Shown: positions 30,759-44,221, numbered from the stretch's first letter. The stretch is 64,000 nt of DNA from an uncultured candidate division Zixibacteria bacterium (GCA_963806185.1 CAWDXE010000005.1:128001-192000), one strand, 5' to 3'. Numbers and translations: made by a program. Notes: generated from the letters alone by a model not told the origin.

Positions 30759-30889
30759 GGCAGCATCCGTCCGCTTAGAAGCGGACATCGATGCTGCCCT
30801 ACGTTTGAGATGCAGCTCTACTCCTGAGTCGCTGCCCTACGTTTGAGATGCAGCTCCACTCCTGAGTCGCTGCCTTACGAATGAGATGC
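30759..30889. repeat. Palindrome followed by a 38-bp tandem repeat (about 2.5 copies)
   Basis: GGCAGCATC..GATGCTGCC 30759-30798 (second copy 50773-50812); unit GCTGCCCTACGTTTGAGATGCAGCTCYACTCCTGAGTC at 30793, 30831, partial 30869. Confidence 0.85.
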
Positions 30890-30944
30890 TGACAGCAGAA
30901 GTGATACATTGCGGCTCACACGATTGTCTAAGTGAGGACTGATC

Positions 30945-31538
30945 ATGAGAAAAGGGTATTGGGTTGCATTGACACTCTTCTTCGCCGCGGCGAACGTGTT
31001 CTTGCTGTGGCGTTCAGGGCAGACGGGACATCACTCAGAGCCACCAATTCTCGCGACCATAGACGGTGTCACAGCGGACATTCGGGGGATGTATACGTAC
31101 CCGGGGATCGGAAAGGCGATGCTGCCGGAATCGCTGTCGGTAAGACAGCCGGCACTCTCGATGGTGGTCTGCTTTGATGCCAGGCTCGATTGTCCTATGC
31201 GGCTGACGGAGATTGAGGTCATCAAGAAACTGCTGCCGGCATTCTCTGAGCGCGGCCAGATTATTACCGCGATGGCGCGGCAGGCCGACTCGGCGGCGAT
31301 TCAACATTTTCTCGACTCGACAGGCTGCGGGCTGCCGTTGGTGGTCTACGATTCGGCCGACGGTGAGCAATTGGCGCAGATGGGCATTGGGCCGCAAGGG
31401 ACGCCATTCAAAATCATTTATGATTCAACGTTTACCGCAGTGTATATGCGCGGGGCCGACCCGACCCCGGAAAGCCAGGAACAATTCCGCGCGGTGGCGA
31501 TGCGACTCAGTGAACTGGCGATGAAGGGGGCATTGTAA
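30945..31538 (+). CDS. Membrane-anchored hypothetical protein, possible degenerate thioredoxin-like fold
   Basis: N-terminal TM; DCPMRLTEI; MGIGPQGTPFKII resembles the cis-Pro loop. Confidence 0.55.
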   Translation: MRKGYWVALTLFFAAANVFLLWRSGQTGHHSEPPILATIDGVTADIRGMYTYPGIGKAMLPESLSVRQPALSMVVCFDARLDCPMRLTEIEVIKKLLPAFSERGQIITAMARQADSAAIQHFLDSTGCGLPLVVYDSADGEQLAQMGIGPQGTPFKIIYDSTFTAVYMRGADPTPESQEQFRAVAMRLSELAMKGAL

Positions 31539-31604
31539 TTCGAACGTGGAATCAAACATGAGCGATGAACCTGTGTAGGCACTCTCACGTGAAGGGTTCA
31601 AAAC

Positions 31605-31847
31605 ATGCGCATCTGGTTGGACCCAATTGCCATTGTCCTGCTGGCGGCTGGACTGATCATGCTGCTCCTGTCGGGATCGTATAGAACTGAACAGGGGAAG
31701 AAGACACTCTGGTATCGGCAGTGGGTGCCGTTCTACAAGAACAATCCCTACTACTCGGAACGGGGGCAGAAACTCGTGCGGCTGGCCTCGCATTCGATCG
31801 CCCTGGGAGCGATCGTGCTGATCGCGTCGTGGTTCGTTGGTGAGTGA
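31605..31847 (+). CDS. Small 2-TM membrane protein
   Basis: Two hydrophobic helices around an aromatic loop. Confidence 0.55.
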   Translation: MRIWLDPIAIVLLAAGLIMLLLSGSYRTEQGKKTLWYRQWVPFYKNNPYYSERGQKLVRLASHSIALGAIVLIASWFVGE

Positions 31848-31868
31848 TAGAAGACCCGCGAGCTGAAA

Positions 31869-32425
31869 GATCGCCACGGCGCGAAGCGCGCCTCGCGATG
31901 ACGCGTATGGTTGTTCGGAGTACATCGAGATGCTGAAGGCCGATAGGAATCGGTTTCAGCGTGACAGTATTGTTTGCCGCCGTTATATGGGCCGCGGGAC
32001 TTCGAAGGAAATCCCTGCCAGGATCCCCGCTTTCGCGGGAATGACAAGCGGAGAGCGGGAATGACAACCGTGAGATTGCGAAGGTGAAGGAATGGGCCCC
32101 CGCTTTCGCGGGGGTGACATTGGGGGGAGGCGGGGGTGACATTGGGGGGAGGCGGGGGTGACATTGGGGGAGGCGGGGGTGACATTCGGGGGAGGCGGGG
32201 GGGCGACATTGAGGGGAGGTTTGTAACCCAACGGGCTGGCGCACGAGACGGCGATTGCGAATGTTGTAGCCCTATCCGCCCTCACCCAAACCCTCTCTCA
32301 GAGGGAGAGGGGGAAGAATGGAGCGTCAGGTCACACGCCGCTAAGAAGCGTCGCAGGACCTGACGAAACAGAAATTCAGGGCGCAAAACAAATCAGGCTC
32401 GCTGAACAACGTCGGCGAGCCTGCA
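31869..32425. repeat. Cluster of REP-like palindromes including a G-rich 22-bp tandem array
   Basis: Elements at about 31869-31902, 31922-31966, 32021-32046, 32093-32119, tandem 32108-32219, 32233-32252, 32279-32312, 32324-32365; hairpin near 32393-32423. Confidence 0.85.
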
Positions 32426-32457
32426 TCTGGAATTCCACCAGTTCGACAAAAAGAAAA

Positions 32458-32790
32458 CTATTTCTTCTTGCCCTTGCCGGTCGACTTCTTCGTCGCTTTC
32501 TTCGTCGTCTTCTTCGCGGCTGGCTTCTTGGCGGCTTTCTTCTTGGCGACGGCCATCCACGGCGACATGCTGCCCTTCTTCAGACCAAGCGAACGGGCCT
32601 TCGTCTGCACCGACGACATGGTGCGCTTGAGTTGACGGGCGATCGTCCGCGTCGGCGTCGACCGATAGGTCTTCCGGAGCGAGCTGATTTCAGTCGCGGT
32701 CCAGATCTTGCCGGTCGTGGCGGTGCGGCGGGTGGCGGCACGGCGGATCGGCTTGCGAGTCATTGCTTTTCTCGGATTGCTTCTGCGCAT
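32458..32790 (-). CDS. Small very basic putative DNA-binding protein (HTH core plus histone H1-like tail)
   Basis: AAGGAG RBS; WTATEISSL..IARQLKRTMSSVQTKARSLGL; tail AKKKAAKKPAAKKTTKK. Confidence 0.7.
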   Translation of the reverse strand: MRRSNPRKAMTRKPIRRAATRRTATTGKIWTATEISSLRKTYRSTPTRTIARQLKRTMSSVQTKARSLGLKKGSMSPWMAVAKKKAAKKPAAKKTTKKATKKSTGKGKKK

Positions 32791-32963
32791 TGAGTAGCTC
32801 CTTGCAACTGTTTTTCCTTCACAAGTTGTCATGGACCTACGCAATCTCAGTTTAAGCGAGATGATGACAACTCGAATAACATCGTGAAGGTGTCACAATT
32901 ATTCGTTGAGGTCAAGAAAAAAGTTCTTTTGGGAACGGGATTTGAATACGTCGTGACGTGTGT

Positions 32964-33716
32964 TCAATGCCACTTCTGTTCAAGCTGCGTGAGCGCCATC
33001 GACGCGGCGCGCTGTTCCGCTTCTTTTTTCGACAAGCCCACACCCTCACCCACGCGTTCACCGCTGACGATGACGACGACATGAAATGTTTTCTCGTGAT
33101 CGGGGCCGTCCTCGAGAATCACGTCGTAGCGCGGCACGCCCTCTCCCTTGGCCTGGATCAGTTCGAGCAGATCACCCTTGAAGTTGCGTTGTGAGGAATC
33201 AGCGAGAATGGCGTCGCGGCGTGTGTAGAGCAGGCGCAAGACGACGTCGCGCGCAACCTCGATGCCTCCGTCGAGATAGACGGCGCCGATGACCGATTCG
33301 AAGGCATCGGAGATGATCGAGGGGCGTTCGCGTCCGCCGGCCCGTTCCTCTTCGGGGGACATGATGATGTACTTATTGAGACCGGTCTCGCGGCTGATTT
33401 GCGCGAGGGTGGATTCGTTGACCATCATCGCCTTGGTCTTGGTGAGGTCGCCCTCGCTCTCTTTCGGGAAATCGGCAAACAACTGGTCGGAGATGATGAG
33501 ACCGAGCACGGCATCGCCGAGGAATTCAAGTCGTTCGTAGGAGGGTTGAGGGGAATTGCCGGTGCGGACGGCGGAGCGATGAGTGAGGCCGGTGCCGATC
33601 AATTCGCGATCGTCGAAGCGGTACTGCAGAATCTCTTCGGTCCCGTTGATAAACTCTTCAAAGGGAAGGGACTTTTTGGTGAAAAGTCCCTTAAGAATCT
33701 GCAATACACTCATCAC
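32964..33716 (-). CDS. rnc: Ribonuclease III
   Basis: ERLEFLGDAVL; dsRBD GPDHEKTF..SKKEAEQRAA. Confidence 0.97.
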   Translation of the reverse strand: MMSVLQILKGLFTKKSLPFEEFINGTEEILQYRFDDRELIGTGLTHRSAVRTGNSPQPSYERLEFLGDAVLGLIISDQLFADFPKESEGDLTKTKAMMVNESTLAQISRETGLNKYIIMSPEEERAGGRERPSIISDAFESVIGAVYLDGGIEVARDVVLRLLYTRRDAILADSSQRNFKGDLLELIQAKGEGVPRYDVILEDGPDHEKTFHVVVIVSGERVGEGVGLSKKEAEQRAASMALTQLEQKWH

Positions 33717-34962
33717 CGCTTCTCGTTCAGATGTCCGAACACGACCGAGACATTGTGTCCTCCGAAACCGAACGAGTTGGAAATCGCGTAGTTGATTTGC
33801 CGGGGTCGGCTTTGATTGGGCACATAATCAAGATCGCATTCCGGATCAGGGTTATCGAGATTGATGGTCGGATGCATCATGCCGTTTTGAATCGACTTGA
33901 TGGAGACGATCAGTTCGACCGCGCCGGCCGCGCCGAGCAGGTGGCCGATCATGGATTTTGTCGAATTGCAGGCGAGTTTGTAGGCGTGATCGCCGAAGAC
34001 CGCCTTGATCGCCTTGGTTTCGGTGATGTCGCCGAGATCGGTGGCGGTACCGTGGGTGTTGATGTAGTCGATCTGTGTCCGGCTGAGGCCGGCGTCGCGC
34101 AGACCGTTTTCCATCGCCTTGCGCGCGCCGTACCCTTCCGGATGCGGTGCGGTCATGTGATAAGCGTCGTTGGTCATGCCGCCGCCGAGAATTTCGGCGT
34201 AGATGCGGGCGCCGCGCTTCTGCGCGTGGTCGAGTGATTCGAGAATCAGAATTCCCGAACCTTCGCCCATGACAAAACCGTCGCGATCCTTGTCGAACGG
34301 GCGCGACGCCCGGTGCGGATCGTCGTTGCGCGTCGACATGGCCTTGGCCTGAGCAGAAGCCGGCCATGGCGGTCGTGGTGATGGTGGCTTCGGCCCGCCG
34401 CAAACCATGACGTCGGCTTCACCGCGCTGGACAGATGCGGAAAGCATCGAGCATCGCGTGCGCCGACGAGGCGCAGGCCGAGACGGTGGCATAGTTCGGA
34501 CCGCGGAAGCCGTACTTGATCGACACGAGGCCGGCCGACATATCGATGATCATCATCGGAATGAAGAACGGCGAGACGCGGCCGGGGCCGGATTGCACCA
34601 GCTTGTCGCGCTGTTCCTCAAACGTGGCAATGCCGCCGATACCGGAACCGATGACGACGCCGCAGCGATCGAGATCGAGCGCGGCTGAGATCAAGGCCGG
34701 CATCCTTGATCGCCTGGTCGGTGGCGAACATGGCGTACTGCTCGGCCAGGTCCATGCGGCGGGCTTCTTTTTTGTCGATAGACCGCGTCGGGTCGAAGCT
34801 CTTGACTTCGGCCGCGATCTTGGTGGGATAATTCGTGGTGTCAAACCGCGAGACAAGTTCCACACCGGACTTTCCCTCCAGCAAGGCCTGCCAGAGTTCG
34901 TCGACGGTGTTGCCCAGGGGCGTGACCGCCCCCAGGCCGGTAACCACAACTCGGTTATTCAT
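33713..34962 (-). CDS. fabF: Beta-ketoacyl-ACP synthase II (several indels, about 34360-34680)
   Basis: RVVVTGLGAVTPLG, VSACASSAHA, INTHGT, KSMIGHLLGAAG, SNSFGFGGHN spread over several frames. Confidence 0.95.
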
Positions 34963-35007
34963 GCTGAAACTCACGATGTAAGGTTGGAACAGCCTGAGCG
35001 CGGGCGC

Positions 35008-35250
35008 TCACTTCGGCTTTCGCCCATTCGTCTTGATGTAATTGATCGCGTCGCCGACGGAGGTGATTTTTTCCGCGTCCTCGTCGGGAATTTCCAGCCC
35101 GAATTCTTCTTCGAGCGCCATGACCAGTTCGACGGTATCCAGCGAATCAGCGCCGAGGTCATCGACGAATTTGGCTTCCGGGGTGACCTGGCTGGCTTCG
35201 ACGCCAAGCTGTTCGATGATGATTTCTTTGACTTTCTCTTCCACTGACAT
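35008..35250 (-). CDS. acpP: Acyl carrier protein
   Basis: [20 protein letters not shown]. Confidence 0.98.
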   Translation of the reverse strand: MSVEEKVKEIIIEQLGVEASQVTPEAKFVDDLGADSLDTVELVMALEEEFGLEIPDEDAEKITSVGDAINYIKTNGRKPK

Positions 35251-35283
35251 GTCGCATCTCCTTTTCTATCTCAAGTAATCTGT

Positions 35284-36015
35284 TTACACGGTAAGGCCGC
35301 CGTCGACCGTAATCACCTGGCCGGTGATGTACGCCGCAGCATCGGAGGCCAGGAAAAGCACCGCCGCAGCGACATCGGCAGGCGTACCGGCCCGGCCGAG
35401 CAGGACCTTCTGCATGAAGGCCGTGCGCGCCGTCTCCGGCAGATTCTTCGTCATTTCCGTTTCAATGAAGCCGGGAGCGACTGCGTTGACGGTGACCCCT
35501 CGTCCACCCAGTTCCTTGGCCGCAGATTTGGTCAAGCCGATCAACCCGGCTTTGGATGCGGAGTAATTGGCCTGGCCGGCATTGCCGGTCAAGCCGACGA
35601 CGGAACTGATATTAATGATACGACCGGAGCGTTGTTTCATCATGACCCGGGCGGCCGCTTTGGTGACAAGAAAAGAACCCTTTAAATTGATGTCAAGCAC
35701 CATGTCCCAGTCCTTTTCGTCCATCCGGATCATGAGCGTATCGCGGGTGATGCCGGCGTTGTTGACGAGCACGTCCAGTCGACCGAGACGGTCCACGGTG
35801 GTGTCAATCAGAGCGGCCACCTCGGCGGAGTCGGTGACATTGGCCTTGATGCCAATGGCGCCGTTGGGGAGTTGGGATGCGGCCTGGTCGCAGGCGGCCT
35901 GATCGATATCACTGATCACTACTTTGGCGCCCTGGCGGGCGAACTGCTGGGCAATGGCTAAACCGATTCCGCGGGCGGAACCGGTGACAATGACAACCTT
36001 GTCGGCAAATTCCAT
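35284..36015 (-). CDS. fabG: 3-oxoacyl-ACP reductase
   Basis: TGSARGIG, NNAGITRD, YSASKAG. Confidence 0.97.
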   Translation of the reverse strand: MEFADKVVIVTGSARGIGLAIAQQFARQGAKVVISDIDQAACDQAASQLPNGAIGIKANVTDSAEVAALIDTTVDRLGRLDVLVNNAGITRDTLMIRMDEKDWDMVLDINLKGSFLVTKAAARVMMKQRSGRIINISSVVGLTGNAGQANYSASKAGLIGLTKSAAKELGGRGVTVNAVAPGFIETEMTKNLPETARTAFMQKVLLGRAGTPADVAAAVLFLASDAAAYITGQVITVDGGLTV

Positions 36016-36030
36016 GCGACTACATCTTTC

Positions 36031-36965
36031 TTATGCTGAGACCGGCACAAAGGCCTGAATATCGGCGAGCGTATCGAGATTGATCATGGTTTCCGGTTTC
36101 ATTTCGCGCTTGGCCAGCCCGGTCAGCACTTTGCCGGGGCCAATTTCGATCACGCGCGTCACGCCATGTTCCGTCAAGCCAGGTCATTGTCTGCATCCAG
36201 CGCACCGGTGCGGTGATTTGTTCCACGAGCAGGCGACTGACGGTTTTCCGGTCGGATACCGGCTCGGCGGTAACATTGGCGATCACCGGGACGCGGGGAT
36301 CGGCGATCGTGCGCGGTCGCGAGAAATTCGGCCATACCGCTGCGGGCGGATTCCATCAGCGGCGAGTGAAATGCGCCGCCGACTTCGAGCAGGATCGCGC
36401 GCTTGGCACCGGCCTCCTGCGCCAGTCGGATCGCTTCCTGAATGCCTTCGAAACTTCCGGAAATGACGAGCTGTGCCGGTGAATTGATGTTGGCCGGTAC
36501 GACCACACCTTTAGCCGAGGCCTGCCGACAAACCTCTTCGAGTTTTTCCAGCGTGATTCCCATGATGGCCGCCATAGTCGACGGATTGCGGCGACAGGCT
36601 TCCTCCATCAGAGCGGCGCGACGGACGACGGCCGTGACGGCGTCGTGATAAGTAAACGCGCCGGCAACGGCCAGCGCACCGTATTCACCGAGGGAATGGC
36701 CGGCGGCGTAATCAAAGGGCGGAATTTCACTTTTCAAAATGGTGAGCACGGCCAGCGAATGCAGAAGGATGGCCGGTTGCGTAATGGCGGTTCGTTTCAG
36801 TTCTTCGGCCGGGCCTTCGAACGACAATTTGGCGATATCGATCTTCATGAGATCGGAGGCGAATTGATAGAGCGCGCGGACATCGGCCGAGTGCTCATAC
36901 AGATCTTTGCCCATACCGACGTACTGCGAGGCCTGTCCCGGGAAAAAGAGTACTGTTTTGCTCAT
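36031..36965 (-). CDS. fabD: Malonyl-CoA:ACP transacylase (indels near 36310 and 36175)
   Basis: FPGQASQ, GHSLGEY, AFHSPLM, PVRW, EIGPGKVL across frames. Confidence 0.95.
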
Positions 36966-36969
36966 ATAC

Positions 36970-37959
36970 TTACCACCGCACCAGGGCCGCACCCCAGATC
37001 ATGCCGCCGCCGAAGGCCACCATGACGACATGGTCGCCCGGTTTGATTCGACCCTGCCGGTTGGCTTCGTCGAGCGCCAGTGGCACGGAGGCAGATGAAG
37101 TGTTGCCGTATTTTTCAATGTTCACAAAGACGCGGTCCATGTCGAGATGGAGCCGTTTGGCCATGGCCTCGATGATTCGCATGTTAGCCTGATGCGGGAC
37201 GAAGAGCGAGATATCTTTCGACGTCAAGCCGGCCTCGGCAATGACGTGGGCGGCCGCTTTGCCCATTTCCTTGACGGCGACTTTGAACACTTCGGAGCCG
37301 GCCATGTAGATCTTGTTTGATCCGTCCCAGGTGAAATCCGGCGTGATCGGATTAAGGGAGCCACCGGTTTTCATCCAGAGCCAGGTCCGCATGGAGCCGT
37401 CGGATTTCATGTGAGTGGCCAGCACGCCGCGATCCTCGGTGGTCGCTTCCAGCACCACGGCGCCGGCGGCATCGCCGAAGAGCACGCAAGTGTTGCGATC
37501 CTTGTAATTGGTGATTGACGAAAGGCGTTCGGTACCGGCGACGACAACGCACTTGTGGATGCCGGCCTCGATGAACGAACGGCCGATCGACAGGCTGTTG
37601 AGAAAGCCGGTACAGGCCGCGACGATGTCGAAGCAGACGGCGTTGGGAAGGCCGATCTTCTCCTGTACGACGCAGGAGAGCGACGGCAGGGTGTAGTCGG
37701 GCGTGACGGTGCCGGAGATAAGCATGTCGACGTCTTCGTGCGAGCGGCCGGCCATCTTGAGGGCGGCCGTCACGGCGGCGGCGCACATATCGGAATTGGC
37801 GATTTCAGGACCACAGATACGCCGCTCGCGGATACCGGTGCGGGTGAGAATCCACTCGTCGGACGTATCTACGATTTTCTCGAAATCAGCGTTGGTCATC
37901 CGGTGAGGCGGAGTATACGATCCGGTCCCGGTTATCCTGGCTCGAATCCTTGGTGTCAT
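36970..37959 (-). CDS. fabH: Beta-ketoacyl-ACP synthase III
   Basis: AACTGF, PHQAN, YGNTSSAS; start MTPRIR. Confidence 0.97.
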   Translation of the reverse strand: MTPRIRARITGTGSYTPPHRMTNADFEKIVDTSDEWILTRTGIRERRICGPEIANSDMCAAAVTAALKMAGRSHEDVDMLISGTVTPDYTLPSLSCVVQEKIGLPNAVCFDIVAACTGFLNSLSIGRSFIEAGIHKCVVVAGTERLSSITNYKDRNTCVLFGDAAGAVVLEATTEDRGVLATHMKSDGSMRTWLWMKTGGSLNPITPDFTWDGSNKIYMAGSEVFKVAVKEMGKAAAHVIAEAGLTSKDISLFVPHQANMRIIEAMAKRLHLDMDRVFVNIEKYGNTSSASVPLALDEANRQGRIKPGDHVVMVAFGGGMIWGAALVRW

Positions 37960-38986
37960 TGTTCCTTCCAAAGTGATTCGTAATGAGCTCATCGTGGATG
38001 CGCTCTTTGATTTTGTTGGCGGCGATGTTAAAGGCCAGGCGAATGGCGTTGGAGATGGCTCGTTCGTTTGACGATCCATGGCAAATGATCACGATGCCAT
38101 CAACACCCAACAGCGGCGCGCCGCCGGCTTCGGCATAATCGAACGTATTCTTCAGGCGGCGCAAGAAGGGCGCCAACAGAAATACGCCGAGGCGGGAGAA
38201 CAGATTGGTCTGGACCTGGCGGCGAATGGCAGTCACCAGGAGCGGTTGAACCGATTCGCCGAATTTGAGAAGAATGTTGCCGGTGAAACCGTCGGTAACA
38301 GCTACATCAACCGTCCCGGAGAGAATATCCCGGCCCTCGATATTACCCACGAAATTGATTTTTGAGTCCTTGAGCAGTTCGTGCGCCTGGAAAATGAGTT
38401 CGTTCCCCTTGCTTCGTTCTTCGCCGATGGAAATCAAGCCGACGCGCGGGGCGTCGTTGTTGAAAAGGATCGACGCATAGACGGAGCCCATGACCGCAAA
38501 TTGCGACAAGTGGATCGGTTTGCAGTCGGCGTTTGCACCGACATCGAGCACGACAGTCGGACGGCCGGTTTTCGACGGGAACAACGAGGTAATCGCGGGG
38601 CGACTGACGCCCTCGATACGACCGAGGGTGAGCAGTGAAGTTGCCATCACGGCGCCGGTATTGCCGGGCGAGACAAACGCGTCGGCCTGGCCGGTTTTGA
38701 CCAGTTTGCAGCCGACGGCGACGGAACTGTCGCGAAGTTTCAGGGCTTCGGTAGCCGGCATGCCCATGGCCACCTCAGCTTCGGCGTGCTGAATTGAGAC
38801 GTTGCCGGGCAGGTCATGGACGTGAGACAGGATTGTCTGGATGCGCTCCTGCCGGCCGACAAGAATGAGGCGCAACTTGTCGCCCAACAGACGCGCCGCC
38901 AGAATGCCACCATGAGTGATGACTTCCGGGCCGCGGTCGGCGCCCATGACATCCAATGCGACGGTGTAAGAATCGGTACCCGTCAT
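37886..38986 (-). CDS. plsX: Phosphate acyltransferase
   Basis: ALDVMGAD, GNTGA, LDVGANAD, GGAPLLGV, CHGSS. Confidence 0.96.
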   Translation of the reverse strand: MTGTDSYTVALDVMGADRGPEVITHGGILAARLLGDKLRLILVGRQERIQTILSHVHDLPGNVSIQHAEAEVAMGMPATEALKLRDSSVAVGCKLVKTGQADAFVSPGNTGAVMATSLLTLGRIEGVSRPAITSLFPSKTGRPTVVLDVGANADCKPIHLSQFAVMGSVYASILFNNDAPRVGLISIGEERSKGNELIFQAHELLKDSKINFVGNIEGRDILSGTVDVAVTDGFTGNILLKFGESVQPLLVTAIRRQVQTNLFSRLGVFLLAPFLRRLKNTFDYAEAGGAPLLGVDGIVIICHGSSNERAISNAIRLAFNIAANKIKERIHDELITNHFGRNNDTKDSSQDNRDRIVYSASPDDQR

Positions 38987-39016
38987 AGTCTTCCAATCCG
39001 TGGGTGTGGCTTGAAC

Positions 39017-39199
39017 TTAGGACTCTTTCACGGCGAGCATCTGATGCCCGTCATAGAAGCCACAGTGCGGACAAATGTGGTGCGGCAGTCGGCCCTGGTG
39101 GCAGTTGGGGCAGTCCACGACATTGGGAGCGGTCAGCTTCCAGTGGGTGCGACGCTTGCGGCCACGAGTCGCCGAGTGTCTACGTTTGGGATTCGGCAT
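39017..39199 (-). CDS. rpmF: 50S ribosomal protein L32
   Basis: MPNPKRRHS, CPNC..HHICPHCGFY. Confidence 0.97.
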   Translation of the reverse strand: MPNPKRRHSATRGRKRRTHWKLTAPNVVDCPNCHQGRLPHHICPHCGFYDGHQMLAVKES

Positions 39200-39223
39200 G
39201 TTTCATTCCTTATACGAAATACA

Positions 39224-39742
39224 TCACTGCTCGGACAAGCCGTTCAGGCCTTCCCAGCGCGGATCAATTTGCTTACTTGTACAGTCACAGGGTCCATCGT
39301 TGAGGTTTTCACCGCAATTGGGACACAATCCTTTGCAATCTTCATCGCACAGCGGTTTCAAGTCGACTGCCAGTACCAGCGCCTGCCGGACCTGGTCGGA
39401 GATATCAACACTCATGTCCGGGCCGCGATACGAGATATACTCTTCGTCATCAATAACGTCCCGATCGGATTTAGGTGGCTGTCCCTCGGCATTGATGATG
39501 AAATCGGTGCGACCAGTCAAGTGGGTCTCAAAATCACACAAGCAACGGGCACACTCAAGAGTAACATCCGCCTCGACCTCACCCTGAACATAAAAATCAT
39601 CATCCGCTTTCTGGATGGCCAGAGCAACCGTAAGGTGCGAGACGCTTTTGAGTTCCTCGGTGAGTGGCGCTACTTGTTCGGGACCGGCCTCCAACCGTAT
39701 TCTGGCGGGAAAATCCTCAAATTCCCGCAATTTCAGTATCAT
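39224..39742 (-). CDS. yceD: YceD/DUF177 family protein
   Basis: CARCL, PLCDEDCKGLCPNCGENLN, DPRW; position upstream of rpmF. Confidence 0.93.
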   Translation of the reverse strand: MILKLREFEDFPARIRLEAGPEQVAPLTEELKSVSHLTVALAIQKADDDFYVQGEVEADVTLECARCLCDFETHLTGRTDFIINAEGQPPKSDRDVIDDEEYISYRGPDMSVDISDQVRQALVLAVDLKPLCDEDCKGLCPNCGENLNDGPCDCTSKQIDPRWEGLNGLSEQ

Positions 39743-39884
39743 AGCCGCGCATATTAACCAAAAGTCCAGGGGAAAGTCAAGTGGAATCAGATTGACCAAC
39801 ATAAAGAAAGACAAGCGGTTAGCTTGTCTTTGGCGATCACTTGACCACACAGGCCGGAGCCTTGCTCCGGTCGGTCGAGCGACT

Positions 39885-40301
39885 CTACTTGCGATGGGTC
39901 TCGTTGTATATTCGTATCCGGTTGGCGGCCCGTTCCAGGGACGACCTACATTCGGGTAAGTCTATGCCGGTTTCGCCCTTAGCAAAATTGACCAAGCGTG
40001 ACTTCTCGCGTTCGTAGGCCGCTCGCGCCCGCTCGATATCTATCTCGCCCGCACCTTCAACCGCATCGGCCAAGATGGTGGCAATGTTGTTGGAAACCTC
40101 CAGAAATCCGTTGGATACGGCCATCACATGGACATCGTCGCCGCTATCGCGGAATTCTATCTTACCGGGCCGCAGGGAAGTAATCAGCGGTGCGTGCTGC
40201 GAGAGAATGCCGAGATAGCCGTCGATGCCGGGCGCGGTAAGCGAACGGATATCACCCTCAAACTCAACCTTCTCAGGCGTCACTATGGATAGGCGAAACA
40301 T
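39885..40301 (-). CDS. atpC: ATP synthase epsilon subunit
   Basis: LSIVTPE, GILSQHAPL, IDIERA. Confidence 0.96.
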   Translation of the reverse strand: MFRLSIVTPEKVEFEGDIRSLTAPGIDGYLGILSQHAPLITSLRPGKIEFRDSGDDVHVMAVSNGFLEVSNNIATILADAVEGAGEIDIERARAAYEREKSRLVNFAKGETGIDLPECRSSLERAANRIRIYNETHRK

Positions 40302-40304
40302 GAC

Positions 40305-41754
<1,450 letters not shown>

Positions 41755-42624
41755 CTACCCCTTGAGCGCATCGGCGCCGGAAACCACTTCAAGGAGTTCC
41801 TTGGTGATCTGCGCCTGGCGGGCCTTGTTATAATCGAGGGTCAAGTGTCTGGACCATTTCTCCGGCATTCTTGGTCGCGTTGCCCATGGCGATCATCCGG
41901 CTGCCGTGCTCGGAGGCAAACGACTCGACCAGCGCCGTCACCATTTTGGTGACCGCATAGCTGGGCATCAGCGCGGCGTAAATCTGTTCGGCGTTCGGCT
42001 CGAAAATATATTGCGAGATCGCCTTGCTCTCGGTTTGTACGGCCGGTTTGGCCACCGGCAGATACTTCTCGACCGACACCTGATAGCGCACCATCGAGAG
42101 AAACCGGGTGAAGATCATGACGATCTCATCGGTCTGTCCGGAGACGAAGCGATCGGTCAGGAATTTGACGATTTCGCGCGTGCGGTCGTAATTGAGCACG
42201 CCACCCCAGTCGCCGTAGATACTGGACGATATTGCGCTGGCGACGGCGATAGTAGTCGTTGCCCCGTTTGCCGATCGTGACCAGTTCGATGTCGATATCG
42301 ATGTATTCGGACAGCACATGATCGGCACGACGCAGGATATTCGAATTGAATGATCCGCACAGGCCGCGGTCGGACGTGATGATCACGACGGTGCGTCTTG
42401 CTTGACGGCCGCTCTTCGAAGTACGGATGAACGATTTCGCCGGTCGCAGCCAGCAGCGAGGTGGCTGAGCATTTCGTCCAGCTTCTGCGCATACGGTTTG
42501 GCCTGCTCGACGCGCTGTTGGGCGCGACGAAGTTTGGCAGCCGCGACCATTTCCATCGCCTTGGTGATGCGACGGGTCGAGATGACCGACCGAATTCGCT
42601 TTTTTACTGCACGAGTGTCGCCAT
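41755..42624 (-). CDS. atpG: ATP synthase gamma subunit (several indels)
   Basis: [45 protein letters not shown]. Confidence 0.95.
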
Positions 42625-42645
42625 CGAGAATACTCAATTAATCCG

Positions 42646-44163
<1,518 letters not shown>

Positions 44164-44221
44164 CAGTCTACTCCTTTATGTTCATTCATCATAACTTTCG
44201 ATCTCTCGCCGCGACTGGGCG

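Noticed and set aside
30793..30889. CRISPR array (38-bp repeats)
   Set aside because: Units abut with no spacers; no cas genes
32108..32219. CRISPR array or Pro-rich ORFs (31657..32244, 31751..32209)
   Set aside because: Low-complexity tandem repeat derived from a palindrome arm; the ORFs are translations of the repeat
30254..32430. Integron cassette array
   Set aside because: No RYYYAAC..GTTRRRY attC sites recognised and no integrase
32882..32898. Rex operator (TCGTGAA-GGT-GTCACAA)
   Set aside because: One base shorter than TTGTGAA-N4-TTCACAA and mismatched
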